A DNA stretch of 63,961 nucleotides, filler included, from Octopus bimaculoides (taxonomy: Eukaryota): NCBI RefSeq assembly GCF_001194135.2. It is 7 parts of 7 records of this genome, joined end to end, with 100 filler letters (N's around TTAATTAATTAA, not from the genome) between each part and the next. Parts side by side here need not be neighbours in the genome. Positions count along the whole stretch, not along the records: positions 62,956 to 63,961 come from NW_026350470.1; 6 more parts are not named here. One strand, written 5' to 3'. Shown in pieces: positions 63,724 to 63,961 of this stretch. A program made the translations under genes and the position numbers. The notes beneath the pieces are model-generated. The model was not told where the DNA came from, made no database searches, and saw only the letters and a list, made by a program, of their open reading frames with translations. Position 1 is the stretch's first letter. Every line of letters starts with the position of its first letter.

Positions 63724-63928
63724 CTGCCGAGAATGGGACCAGAACGAGACGAGGGACAAAACAATAAACAGAATAAAGGTTTCTGGCCACATGAAGACAA
63801 TAATTAAAATGATAATAATAGATATACAGCAGAAAACAAAATCTTAGGGCTGCAAGACAAGAGAGAAATGGGTAACGCGAAGGAGAAATGAAAACTGTCC
63901 TAAAGTACTATAATATACATACATACAT

Positions 63929-63961
<33 letters not shown>

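Overview
AT-rich, microsatellite- and transposon-dense eukaryotic scaffold with many N gaps and artificial TTAATTAATTAA spacers. The SINE/RTE repeat content looks like coleoid cephalopod (Octopus-like) DNA; that assignment is an inference from repeat recognition. The main coding feature is a ~5.4 kb, apparently single-coding-exon + strand gene (5542-10942). It encodes a Cys/His and coiled-coil-like N-terminus followed by what appear to be six tandem, highly diverged NHL/WD-type beta-propeller units. It is broken by two frameshifts and a 68-bp templated insertion/duplication but has no other stops. Other host-gene traces are a minus-strand ATG exon (37802-37938) near a promoter-like region and an isolated + strand internal exon (54104-54422). 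The rest is mobile DNA: a Rep-deleted Helitron and several Helitron ends, R4/Dong-type LINEs in (TAA)n, several Penelope-like remnants, Tx1-, CR1- and RTE-type LINE pieces, mariner, Tc1, pogo and piggyBac derivatives, and tRNA-derived SINEs. One Tc1 has an in-frame spliceosomal intron, and a solo hammerhead-ribozyme insert is flanked by a 13-bp direct repeat. Several long hairpins and unusual tandem arrays are also noted. No CRISPR, rRNA or true tRNA genes were found.
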